Below are positions 24,731 through 32,000 of a stretch of 32,000 nucleotides of DNA, piece after piece. The notes beneath the pieces were generated by a model that worked only from the letters and a program-made list of their open reading frames with translations, did no database searches and had not been told where the DNA came from. The position numbers and the translations under genes are program-made. Each line of letters begins with the position of its first letter. Within the stretch, counting starts at the first letter, position 1. The DNA comes from an archaeon GW2011_AR10 (GTDB taxonomy: Archaea; Iainarchaeota; Iainarchaeia; Iainarchaeales; GW2011-AR10), in the NCBI GenBank assembly GCA_000830275.1, contig CP010424.1, positions 630,001 to 662,000 of the forward strand, in the 5' to 3' direction.

Positions 24731-24949
24731 TTAAAACACTCTGTCTTTGTGGTCTCGCCTAAAGGGTTTTGCATTTTTTACAGAACCAAATGCTTTTTCA
24801 AGTAAAGAGATGTCTTTTTTAATAACAGCCAACTGTATTTTCTCCCCCTCGCCGATTTTTTCCTGTTTTACTACCTCCTTTGGAATCAGAGCACCCCAAG
24901 AACTCCCAACCTTTCTAAGCTTGGTTTCAAAAACCTGCACAAAAATCAC
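24731..24949 (-). CDS. vapB: AbrB/SpoVT-type antitoxin (VapB-like)
   Basis: ..TKLRKVGSSWGALIPKEVVKQEKIGEGEKIQLAV.. is a swapped-hairpin AbrB-like motif. The gene sits immediately upstream of the PIN gene. Confidence 0.7.
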   Translation of the reverse strand: MIFVQVFETKLRKVGSSWGALIPKEVVKQEKIGEGEKIQLAVIKKDISLLEKAFGSVKNAKPFRRDHKDRVF

Positions 24950-24951
24950 TA

Positions 24952-24967
24952 TTATAATATATTATAA
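24952..24967. promoter_or_regulatory. Perfect 16-bp palindrome TTATAATATATTATAA directly upstream of vapB (candidate operator)
   Basis: Read directly. It lies between a TATA-like TTTAAATA (complement of 24973-24980) and the vapB start. Confidence 0.4.
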
Positions 24968-25131
24968 CAAAATATTTAAACTTATTCTTGGCCGGAACTG
25001 CATTGTTTCTGCCAAAAAAAACATTCATCTGGGCGACAAGAATCTGAAGCCGTTTTGCATAAGAAGCACCTTAAAACCTGAAAGCAGTAAATATATATTG
25101 CTGAAGATAATTAATACAAAGAGAGAAGCAG

Positions 25132-25716
25132 GTGAATTTGTTGGAGAAGCGCTATAGAAACCTCGCCCTGTTAGTGGTTGCAGTAATAGTTTTAGCTTTG
25201 GCTTGGCTTCTTTTTTCCTCTGTTTCCTTTGAGTCAAAGCTCTCGGAAATTGATGCAGTGTGGAAAGAAAACGGCCTTAGCGTGGCTGGTTTTCCTTACC
25301 GAAATTCACAGGAATTTGACGCGCTCAGCCTGCAGGAAATTGAGTCACTGAAGGAAAGGCTTGGCAGGGTTGAGCCGGCAAGAATTGAATCAGTTGAACA
25401 GTTTGTGGCATTAAACAAAAAGCTGTTGGCTCTTGCAACCGCTAGGAAACTTTTGGAGGAAAAAGTTCTTGCAATCGAATCAACAGCAGGCATATGCAGT
25501 GAACTCAGCCTTCTTGATGAACTGCTAGAAGCCCAAAGGGAAGTGAACGAAAAATCAAAATCGTTTGTTGGAAGCTACAATTTGTTCGTTGAGTCTTTTC
25601 CTAGGGAAGCCGAGACAGCATCGCTTCCACAAATTGAGGACAACGGCCTTGAACTGGAGTTCCTGCTCGCGCAACAGGAGGAAAATGCTGCAGCAGTCAG
25701 GGGTGAGTGCGCTTGA
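25132..25716 (+). CDS. N-terminally anchored ~195-aa two-Cys protein (paralog of 29884..30477)
   Basis: TM anchor LALLVVAVIVLALAWLLF. Blocks shared with the paralog: LSLQEIESLKERL vs LSSAELAELKVEL; an internal Cys (GICSEL vs DYCSNI); SFVGSY vs SFVGKY; and a C-terminal G-x-C (GECA* vs GAC*). Confidence 0.75.
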   Translation: MNLLEKRYRNLALLVVAVIVLALAWLLFSSVSFESKLSEIDAVWKENGLSVAGFPYRNSQEFDALSLQEIESLKERLGRVEPARIESVEQFVALNKKLLALATARKLLEEKVLAIESTAGICSELSLLDELLEAQREVNEKSKSFVGSYNLFVESFPREAETASLPQIEDNGLELEFLLAQQEENAAAVRGECA

Positions 25717-28700
25717 AGAAAAAACCTTTATTCTTGCTTTTGCTGCTTGCACTGCTTTTAACTGCCGCTAACGCAGAAGCACAAATTGCTGCCTCTGAGT
25801 GGAATGAAGGCGTTATTGCAACCAGCTTCAGCTGCAGGAAAAGCAACTGCGTTGCATTGCCCTCTCGTTTGGCTTTAGGCAAGAGAGTTGAGGTGTGCTC
25901 TTCCAAAGGATGCGTGACCGCGGTTGTAGCAGATGTTGGGCCTTGGTGCAGGCAGGATGACCCCTACGTGCTTGGCAACAGCAGGCCTTTTGCTGAGCAG
26001 CGTGCAGGAGAAAACCTTGATGATGCATTAAAATTTCCTGAAGCAGGAGAGGACACCTTGGACTGCAGAACTAACCCGAAAGTTGGAGGGCCTATTCCAA
26101 GGAAAAGCAACGGCGCAGGCATTGACTTATCGGTTGATGTTGACAGGGAACTAGGCAACAACGGAAAAGGAATTGTGAGCTGGAGGTTCATTGATGATCC
26201 AACCAATTCGCTGTTGAAATTGATTGACACTGCAAGAAAATCCCAGCAGGAGTCAATTCCAAATATTTTTTCGGCTTCAATTAGTTCAGGCGCTCCGCTT
26301 GACTTCTTCAGGGGCAAAACAGTTCTTATTGATGTAGGGCACGGTGGAAGGGATCCCGGCGCAGTTTTCACCACCAAAAACGGGCAGACAGTGAACGAGA
26401 AGGACATGGCACTCTCGTATTCAAATAAACTCAAAGAAGTGCTTGAATCAAACGGGGCGAGGGTTTTGATGACAAGGGAAACCGATGTTTACCTTTCCTT
26501 GAGCGAAAGGGTTGACATCATTAACAGGGAAAAACCTGATGTTGCAATTTCAATGCACATTAACTCTGCAAGGCTGCCTGTTTTCAGGGGCACACCACTG
26601 GTTTTCGTGGCATGCCTTTTCAGGGAGGAGGGCAAAAACGGCAACGGCTTGGTTGACATAGCAGAATTTGCCTCATTTAACCAGTTGTGCCAGCCTAACC
26701 CTGCTGAAAGCCACCAAGGCAGCGTAATAGTGGCATCGAACGTTACAAACAAGTTAAGCGGGTTTCTTACCGGAATGCGCGTAGCTGATGCAACTGTTCT
26801 GGTTAGGTCAAATTCTCCTGTTGTGTTGTTTGAGGTTGGCTTTGGCTCGAACAAGGATGAACTTGAAAGAATGCTGACTCCATTGCACCAGACAACCATA
26901 ACTCTTGGCTTGGCAGCAGCAATACAGGATTACCTTGGAAAAACGAAAAAGGCAGCAGTAACTGGAACCGAGCTGAAGGAAATTGAGCTGGAGGAAGAAC
27001 TGGATTATGTTGTGCTGAACTTTGGTGACCTAAGCGAACTCGAAAGGAGGGGGGTGCCAAACCCAATCACTTCAATTGCAAGCGGCACAAAATTCTACAA
27101 GAACGGGAACGAAGTGGATGCGTTCGCAACTTCGATTGTTCCTGATTCGGCTGGCAGCGAAAACAAGCTGGCAGTGTACAGGCTGCAACAGTACTCATCA
27201 TACAATTTTGAGGTGAAGCTCACAGGCTACTTTGACAACAAGGTGATTGGCACAGGAAGCTTTGGGCCTATTCCTGGAAAGGCAAAGCCGGAGCTAAACG
27301 CAAATGTAAAGTGGAATTTTGCAGGGGAAGCAGCAGGCAATGTTGCTCCAACCGCTGTTGCAAATGACATAAATGCAGTGAAAGGAAAAGCGGTTTTGCT
27401 TGACGCTTCAAGGTCTTTTGACTCCGATGGAACAATTGAAGGTTACTTGTGGCTTGATTCAAGTCACCCGGATGAAAGCCCTGCAAATGGGAAAAGAGTT
27501 GCAGAGGCAACTGTTTCAGCTGTGTTTAACACTTTGGGAGAGCACCTTGTAATTCTTTACGTAACAGATGACAAGGGGGCAACCGGCTCGGAAACTTTTT
27601 ACGTGAATGTAGCCAAGGAACAAGAAGGCATAGTGGAAGAAGGAGCTCCGAGGATTGAGAGACTTGTGCTGAATTATGAGTATTCTTTACGAATCAGATA
27701 CAACGAGGACGGCACTATCAGGGAAACAGATGTTATTTCCCTGCAGCTCGGAAAAAACCAATTAATCTCTGCCGCGTTTTATTCCCCTGTTGAGTTTTAT
27801 CGCGCGCAACTTGAGCTCTGGGCATTCCAGGAGGGAATTACTCCAAGCGCGGCAAGCATTGAGAGGAGAATGATAATTGCGGCTGATGAACGAGGCACTA
27901 ATGCTCATGAGGCAGGCACTGACATATTGGTGCCAATTGATGAGGGAAAAATTGTCAGCCTAGACGAAATAGATTACGGAAAAATTGGGACAGGGCAGTG
28001 GAACAGTTCAGTGAAAGAGTTCGTGCAAAAATTCAAGGACAACCAGTATTATTTTAGGGTTGAAACAAGGATTGAAAAGGAAAGCAATGGTAAAAAGGTT
28101 GGCTCACAATTCGTGCCGGTAAGCATATCCTTGTTTGAGGAGCTTCCGCGCATTGAGAGCTGCAGTTCCATTAGGGAGTGCCTTGCCCGCGGCAGCCAGA
28201 TTGTTTCCAACAGTCTTTTGAGGGCAGGCGAACAGGCAGAAGATTTTGAGGGCTTGAAGTGCGTGCAATTAGAGGAAGGAAAGCAGCTGGATGTTGTCAG
28301 TGCTCCATGCATTTCAGCTGAAAGGATTGATGAAATCCTTGCAGCAAACGATTCTCCGGCAGCTGGAACAGGAAAGGCATTCTATGATTACGGTTTAAAG
28401 TACGGCATTGACCCAACAGTTGCCTTGGCTTTCTTTAGGGAAGAGTCAACTTTCGGAAAGTTTGGGGCAGCAAACAGGACAAAATCAATCGGCAACATCA
28501 GGTATTACGATACTGCTGACCCAAATGATGCTGCTTACTGCCCAACGCAGAGAAATGACAATGGATTCTGCTCTTATGACAGCTGGGAGCAAGGCATCGA
28601 GCACTTCTACAAGTACATTAATGGCCCGCTTTACGTTGCAGCAGGCAACAATACTCTGGAGGAAATAGTGCCAATTTACATTTCCGCTTCTTCAACTGAA

Positions 28701-28757
28701 ACAAGCAGCATCATCAGCAAAATGAGAAGCTGGTTGGCTGAGTGGAGGGAACAGTAG
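25707..28757 (+). CDS. Secreted multi-domain peptidoglycan hydrolase: DPBB/RlpA-like, N-acetylmuramoyl-L-alanine amidase (Amidase_3), PKD-like, and a C-terminal glucosaminidase/lysozyme-like domain
   Basis: Signal peptide KKKPLFLLLLLALLLTAANAEA. DPBB-like: LPSRLALGKRVEVCSSKGCVTAVVADVGPW..GAGIDLSVDV. Amidase_3 hallmarks: LIDVGHGGRDPGAV, NEKD, PDVAISMHINS, VLFEVGFGSN. PKD-like: LLDASRSFDSDGTIEGYLW..ILYVTDDKGATGSETFYVNV. C-terminus: GIDPTVALAFFREESTFGKFG..IGNIRYY..FCSYDSWEQGIEHFYKYI. The start is GTG 25707 or TTG 25713; the latter has GGGGTGA 6 nt upstream. The start overlaps the upstream gene. Confidence 0.85.
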   Translation: MRLKKKPLFLLLLLALLLTAANAEAQIAASEWNEGVIATSFSCRKSNCVALPSRLALGKRVEVCSSKGCVTAVVADVGPWCRQDDPYVLGNSRPFAEQRAGENLDDALKFPEAGEDTLDCRTNPKVGGPIPRKSNGAGIDLSVDVDRELGNNGKGIVSWRFIDDPTNSLLKLIDTARKSQQESIPNIFSASISSGAPLDFFRGKTVLIDVGHGGRDPGAVFTTKNGQTVNEKDMALSYSNKLKEVLESNGARVLMTRETDVYLSLSERVDIINREKPDVAISMHINSARLPVFRGTPLVFVACLFREEGKNGNGLVDIAEFASFNQLCQPNPAESHQGSVIVASNVTNKLSGFLTGMRVADATVLVRSNSPVVLFEVGFGSNKDELERMLTPLHQTTITLGLAAAIQDYLGKTKKAAVTGTELKEIELEEELDYVVLNFGDLSELERRGVPNPITSIASGTKFYKNGNEVDAFATSIVPDSAGSENKLAVYRLQQYSSYNFEVKLTGYFDNKVIGTGSFGPIPGKAKPELNANVKWNFAGEAAGNVAPTAVANDINAVKGKAVLLDASRSFDSDGTIEGYLWLDSSHPDESPANGKRVAEATVSAVFNTLGEHLVILYVTDDKGATGSETFYVNVAKEQEGIVEEGAPRIERLVLNYEYSLRIRYNEDGTIRETDVISLQLGKNQLISAAFYSPVEFYRAQLELWAFQEGITPSAASIERRMIIAADERGTNAHEAGTDILVPIDEGKIVSLDEIDYGKIGTGQWNSSVKEFVQKFKDNQYYFRVETRIEKESNGKKVGSQFVPVSISLFEELPRIESCSSIRECLARGSQIVSNSLLRAGEQAEDFEGLKCVQLEEGKQLDVVSAPCISAERIDEILAANDSPAAGTGKAFYDYGLKYGIDPTVALAFFREESTFGKFGAANRTKSIGNIRYYDTADPNDAAYCPTQRNDNGFCSYDSWEQGIEHFYKYINGPLYVAAGNNTLEEIVPIYISASSTETSSIISKMRSWLAEWREQ

Positions 28758-28817
28758 GCCAAAAAATTTGGAAAATAGGATATATTTTAGTTAAAGTCGG
28801 AGTATAAGTGTATTGTA

Positions 28818-29699
28818 ATGGCAGCAAAGAGGAAAACAGGGAAAGAGAGCTTAGCCAGAATATTGGTTAAAGGAACTGGGAACAGCATTTGGTTCACAGC
28901 AAAGGCTCCGTTCACGGCAGGCTGGTGGGTTTCAAAGAAAGGCGTAAAGGCAACAGGGTGGCTTGCCAAGAAGGGCACAAAAGCAGGAAGTTGGTTGGGA
29001 AAAAAAGGAGTTAAGGCTAGCGCAGTTGCAGGGGCTTGGGCGGGAAAGAAGACAGCGTCGGCTATGAAGAGGCTCATAAAAAGCCCTTACGTTAGGTCTG
29101 CTGGCGCCGGGGTTATTGTTTACCAGTTTCCCAGCACAACCATTAAGCTGATTTTAACTGGAGTAAAATGGAGCGCAATTGGGGCTTACACTTTTCCAGG
29201 CGTGGTGATTCCAGCTGCCCTCGGTGCCGGAACATACCACTACTTTAAGGACGCCAGGAGAAGAAAGGTTATCTGGCAGTTGGTTTCAGCAGGGAAAGAC
29301 CTTGCATGGGAAAGGATTGGCGGCAAGCTGTTCATTAAGGGTGGTGACGGAAAAAATCGTTTCAGGTGGAGCCCAACGGAACTCATAGTGTTGGCTACTG
29401 AAAGGGCAAGGAAAGGGATAGCAGGGAGAAGAGAGACCAGGGAGGCCAGGCAAAGGCTTTTGAAGGCATTGGATGAACCAAGCATGAAAAAATTTGTTTC
29501 TGGAATCAGAAAGGAAATTGAAGCGATTCATAGTAGGGCTGCAAGGAAGGCAAAAGCAGTTAGTGGCCAATCAATAGTTGATGGCGCGGAAGTGCTCAAT
29601 GAAACCAGAAAAATCAAAGCCATCTTTACTGGAAAGTTCGAAAGGAAAACTGGAATAAAGCTGAGTGAAAGGCAGGTTGATGAAATTTTGAGCGGGTGA
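28818..29699 (+). CDS. Hypothetical protein with N-terminal Trp/Lys 11-aa tandem repeats, a central hydrophobic segment and a basic C-terminal domain
   Basis: Repeats: WVSKKGVKATG / WLAKKGTKAGS / WLGKKGVKASAVAGA / WAGKKTASAMK (nt 28926-29069). Hydrophobic region ..AGAGVIVYQF..GVVIPAALGAGTYHYF. No signal peptide. Confidence 0.7.
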   Translation: MAAKRKTGKESLARILVKGTGNSIWFTAKAPFTAGWWVSKKGVKATGWLAKKGTKAGSWLGKKGVKASAVAGAWAGKKTASAMKRLIKSPYVRSAGAGVIVYQFPSTTIKLILTGVKWSAIGAYTFPGVVIPAALGAGTYHYFKDARRRKVIWQLVSAGKDLAWERIGGKLFIKGGDGKNRFRWSPTELIVLATERARKGIAGRRETREARQRLLKALDEPSMKKFVSGIRKEIEAIHSRAARKAKAVSGQSIVDGAEVLNETRKIKAIFTGKFERKTGIKLSERQVDEILSG

Positions 29700-29705
29700 A
29701 CAATT

Positions 29706-29831
29706 AAATATAGCAAAACGCTTAAGTAATTGAACATTGAAACAAAACGCTTAAGTAATTGAACATTTAAATTGCATTTTGCATCTAGCAAACAGCAATA
29801 AAAAGTTCAAAAATATAAGCTGTTTGCTATA
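29706..29831 (+). promoter_or_regulatory. Conserved upstream module, copy B: a 25-nt tandem direct repeat plus the 11-bp inverted repeat TAGCAAACAGC(29786-29796)/GCTGTTTGCTA(29819-29829)
   Basis: Aligns by eye with the reverse complement of 10485-10588. caaaacgcttaagtaattgaacatt occurs twice (29714-29738 and 29743-29767). Copy A has a single, diverged copy. Confidence 0.7.
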
Positions 29832-29883
29832 CAATAAACTTAGTAATGTTAAGTAATGGAATGCTGTGGGTTAAGGTGGTTGG

Positions 29884-30477
29884 TTGGATAAGAGATGGAA
29901 AAACCTGTTGCTCTTGGGGGTTTTAATTCTGGTTGTTGCAGCTGCGGCATTTATTATTCTTCAGCCAGGACCTGGAAGGGCAAAGACGTTTGGAGAGGGG
30001 TTTGAGGAAATGAAAGCATTTTTTGCAGGAAAAGGAATTGATGCCGGGGCGTTAGACATTGAGGACTTGGCTGCTCTGTCTTCGGCTGAACTTGCAGAGC
30101 TAAAAGTTGAGTTGCAGTCTTTTGCAAGTTCGTTTAATGGGCCTGGCTCTGCAAAAGAGCTTGCGGGAGTTTATGTTTCAGCAATTGATTTGGGGGCCAA
30201 GTCAAAAGCGCAGGGCAAAAAAACCAACCAAATTGATGCCCTCAGCCTGCAGGACTACTGTTCAAACATTGTGCTGTTCAAGGAAAGGGATTCACTGGAG
30301 GAGGAAAAAATTGGTTTGCTGGAGCAATTGAAAACAAATATTAATTCTTTTGTTGGAAAGTACTCAAATGAGGCACAGCAGATAGGGCTTAAACCGCTTG
30401 AAGTGGACATTGAAGCGCTGCGCTCTGCAAATGGTGAGAGAGCAACGGTAACAGCGCAGCTAGAGGGAGCATGCTGA
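29884..30477 (+). CDS. N-terminally anchored ~195-aa two-Cys protein (paralog of 25132..25716)
   Basis: TTG start with AAGGTGG 4 nt upstream. TM anchor LLLLGVLILVVAAAAFIIL. The blocks shared with 25132..25716 are listed under that feature. Confidence 0.75.
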   Translation: MDKRWKNLLLLGVLILVVAAAAFIILQPGPGRAKTFGEGFEEMKAFFAGKGIDAGALDIEDLAALSSAELAELKVELQSFASSFNGPGSAKELAGVYVSAIDLGAKSKAQGKKTNQIDALSLQDYCSNIVLFKERDSLEEEKIGLLEQLKTNINSFVGKYSNEAQQIGLKPLEVDIEALRSANGERATVTAQLEGAC

Positions 30478-30487
30478 GTGATTTGAA

Positions 30488-31933
30488 ATGAACAGAAAAG
30501 TTTTTGCGCTTGCAGCGTTCTTGTTTTTTGCTGTTCTGGTTTTACCAAGTGCATTCGCGCTTCAGAGCTGCGCTTTTGCTTATGACTTGGGCGTTAACGG
30601 GCAGTTTAATCTGCCGAATTACTGCGGAATGAACCTCAATCAGAAAATTGAGTTCAAATACCCTGTTCCGGAAAGGAACTATTCGGTTACTGTCTTCTCG
30701 TTGAGGTTGATTAGATTCAATCAGAATAAGGCAGGAACATATTTACCATTTAACGATGACAGCTGGTCGTTCCTTATTGAAAATGATTTGTTTGGAACAA
30801 GAGGCGAATTTGTTATCAATGAAGACACTACTGATTCCCGAGGAATAGGCAGGGGGATTGGAACAATTTCAATATATGTTGACTCACAGTCAGCTGATTT
30901 TGCTTCACAGATTGAGAGGTTGACCATTAACTTTGACAGCAGGCAAATATACGAGCAGTTGAACAAACGCGTGGCAGAAGGAGAGTCTTCTCTTGGAGAG
31001 TTGGTTGGCTTTGGGGAAAATTTCACCCCTAATTTGCCTGCAACTCAAGGCGGCCAGTGCCAGCCGGCTTACACTGTTCCGAGCAGCGGAAAATTCAGGC
31101 TGCCACAGCCTTGCACAGCGGTTCCCGGCCAGCAAATTTCTTTCATGTTCAGGCAGACAGAGTTAAGTTCTCCTGTTGAATTGTTTGTTTTAAGGTATGA
31201 AAACATAAGGCCAGATTCTTTGGATTATTGGTATGACAATGATTTGCTTGAGTTCTCTGTGATTGACAGGCTCACAGGCCAAAGAAATGTTTTGAACGCG
31301 GAGGAAAATCAGGGTGGCTCTTCTAAAGTGGGAAATTATGCTGGGGTTTTCCTTAATGCAGACACCATTACTGAGGCAGGCTCGATTAAGGTGAAGAACC
31401 TTAACATTGAAATTTACCCACAAGAACTCAGCGGACTGACATCAGAGTTTCCTGGTTTGCTTGAACAGGTTAGCTCCAATAAAGTTGATGAAAAAACCAA
31501 AGCAGCAATTAATGCAAAGTTTGCAAACGATGAGGCAGCAGATGATTCAGAGGGAATTGCCGTTGCCGTGAAGGATTCAACATCAAAAACCTCAGGAGAT
31601 GCCTGGGCTTCATCTCCTCCAAAAAAAGGAACTTATGTTTGGGCTTGGCAGCTTGAAGGCGCGACAATTCAGCAGCTTAATGATAACAAGGAAAAAGTTA
31701 CAATAAAGCAGGAAGTCGGCAGCGAGTTTGTTGAAACCAGTGTTCCAATAAATGTTTCATCCTCGTTCAAAGACACAGAAGGAAACGATGTCGTGGGGGC
31801 ATTTTACCTGGTGGAATTCAGGGACGCGGGAAAATACAGGGTTTTGGTTGAAGGGCAGGTTGTGAAAAACTTGCTGGTGTTCGTGAAAAGCGGCAATACG
31901 GGGTATGAGATAATAAAGCTCACGGGGCAGTGA
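30488..31933 (+). CDS. Secreted protein with an internally duplicated N-terminal domain
   Basis: Signal peptide MNRKVFALAAFLFFAVLVLPSAFA. Two homologous modules begin CAFAYDLGVNGQFNLPNYCGMNLNQKIEFKY and CQPAYTVPSSGKFRLPQPCTAVPGQQISFMF. Starts 10 nt after the paralog gene. Confidence 0.75.
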   Translation: MNRKVFALAAFLFFAVLVLPSAFALQSCAFAYDLGVNGQFNLPNYCGMNLNQKIEFKYPVPERNYSVTVFSLRLIRFNQNKAGTYLPFNDDSWSFLIENDLFGTRGEFVINEDTTDSRGIGRGIGTISIYVDSQSADFASQIERLTINFDSRQIYEQLNKRVAEGESSLGELVGFGENFTPNLPATQGGQCQPAYTVPSSGKFRLPQPCTAVPGQQISFMFRQTELSSPVELFVLRYENIRPDSLDYWYDNDLLEFSVIDRLTGQRNVLNAEENQGGSSKVGNYAGVFLNADTITEAGSIKVKNLNIEIYPQELSGLTSEFPGLLEQVSSNKVDEKTKAAINAKFANDEAADDSEGIAVAVKDSTSKTSGDAWASSPPKKGTYVWAWQLEGATIQQLNDNKEKVTIKQEVGSEFVETSVPINVSSSFKDTEGNDVVGAFYLVEFRDAGKYRVLVEGQVVKNLLVFVKSGNTGYEIIKLTGQ

Positions 31934-31937
31934 AAAA

Positions 31938-32000
31938 ATGAAAAACAAAATCTTTGTTGCAGTTGCAGTTGTTTTGCTTGCAGTACTGGTTTTCGCAGCT
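31938..32000 (+). CDS. Start of another secreted or anchored protein (truncated by the window end)
   Basis: ATG 4 nt after the previous stop. MKNKIFVAVAVVLLAVLVFAA is signal-peptide-like and the frame is open to the window edge. Confidence 0.5.
   Translation, partial: MKNKIFVAVAVVLLAVLVFAA

Noticed and set aside
29714-29767. 25-nt direct repeat considered as a CRISPR fragment
   Set aside because: There are only two copies, the spacer is 4 nt, no cas genes are present, and the repeat is part of a promoter-like module shared with 10485-10588.
10485-29831. The inverted ~100-nt modules considered as terminal inverted repeats of a 19-kb mobile element
   Set aside because: No transposase, integrase or recombinase is recognisable between or beside them, and no flanking target-site duplication was seen. 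Each copy sits at a fixed distance upstream of an outward-facing gene, which fits paralogous regulatory regions better. Recombinational inversion remains possible and is listed as a check.
1-32000. Alternative interpretation that the contig is from a CPR/Patescibacteria bacterium, which would make the murein hydrolase ordinary
   Set aside because: The pilin-like proteins lack the bacterial G/FTLIE-type signature and instead show [K/R]-[G/A]-Q archaeal-type signals. TATA-like boxes lie at archaeal spacing, and a PAC2/HbYX chaperone and a FlaJ-like fused platform are present. This is still an inference, and marker-gene taxonomy of the full contig is needed.

Overview
The window is gene-dense and moderately AT-rich. 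It reads as an archaeal, probably DPANN-like, cell-surface or host-interaction island. The archaeal assignment is an inference from three observations: pilin-type signal peptides of the form [K/R]-[G/A]-Q, TATA-like boxes about 25-35 nt upstream of several start codons, and a PAC2-type proteasome chaperone. No rRNA, tRNA, CRISPR array, transposase or integrase was recognised.

Gene content, left to right:
1. A type IV pilus/archaellum-like secretion ATPase, truncated at the window edge, followed by two half-size platform genes.
2. A structured intergenic region with a start-less winged-helix ORF.
3. A PAC2 chaperone, a Cys-rich repeat surface protein and a hypothetical protein.
4. A 1609-aa secreted protein on the minus strand with a PEP-CTERM-like tail.
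5. Membrane proteins and K/E-rich proteins.
6. A long minus-strand operon (22285 down to 13370): a 759-aa ATPase, a 785-aa FlaJ/TadC-like platform, and 8 small proteins. Five of these carry archaeal class III (prepilin-like) signal peptides, and two are below the ORF-track size cutoff.
7. A polytopic membrane protein, a minimal exosortase/archaeosortase-family protein and a VapBC pair.
8. Two paralogous cassettes, each a small anchored two-Cys protein followed by a large secreted protein.

The most notable observations:
- One cassette cargo is a secreted multi-domain murein hydrolase (DPBB/RlpA-like, Amidase_3, PKD and glucosaminidase-like domains) in a genome that looks archaeal.
- A conserved noncoding module of about 100 nt, with an identical 11-bp inverted repeat, sits upstream of two unrelated surface genes. 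The two copies are in inverted orientation about 19 kb apart.
- The giant protein's PEP-CTERM-like tail is paired with the short sortase-family gene.

All functional calls come from motif recognition by eye. No database search was run.
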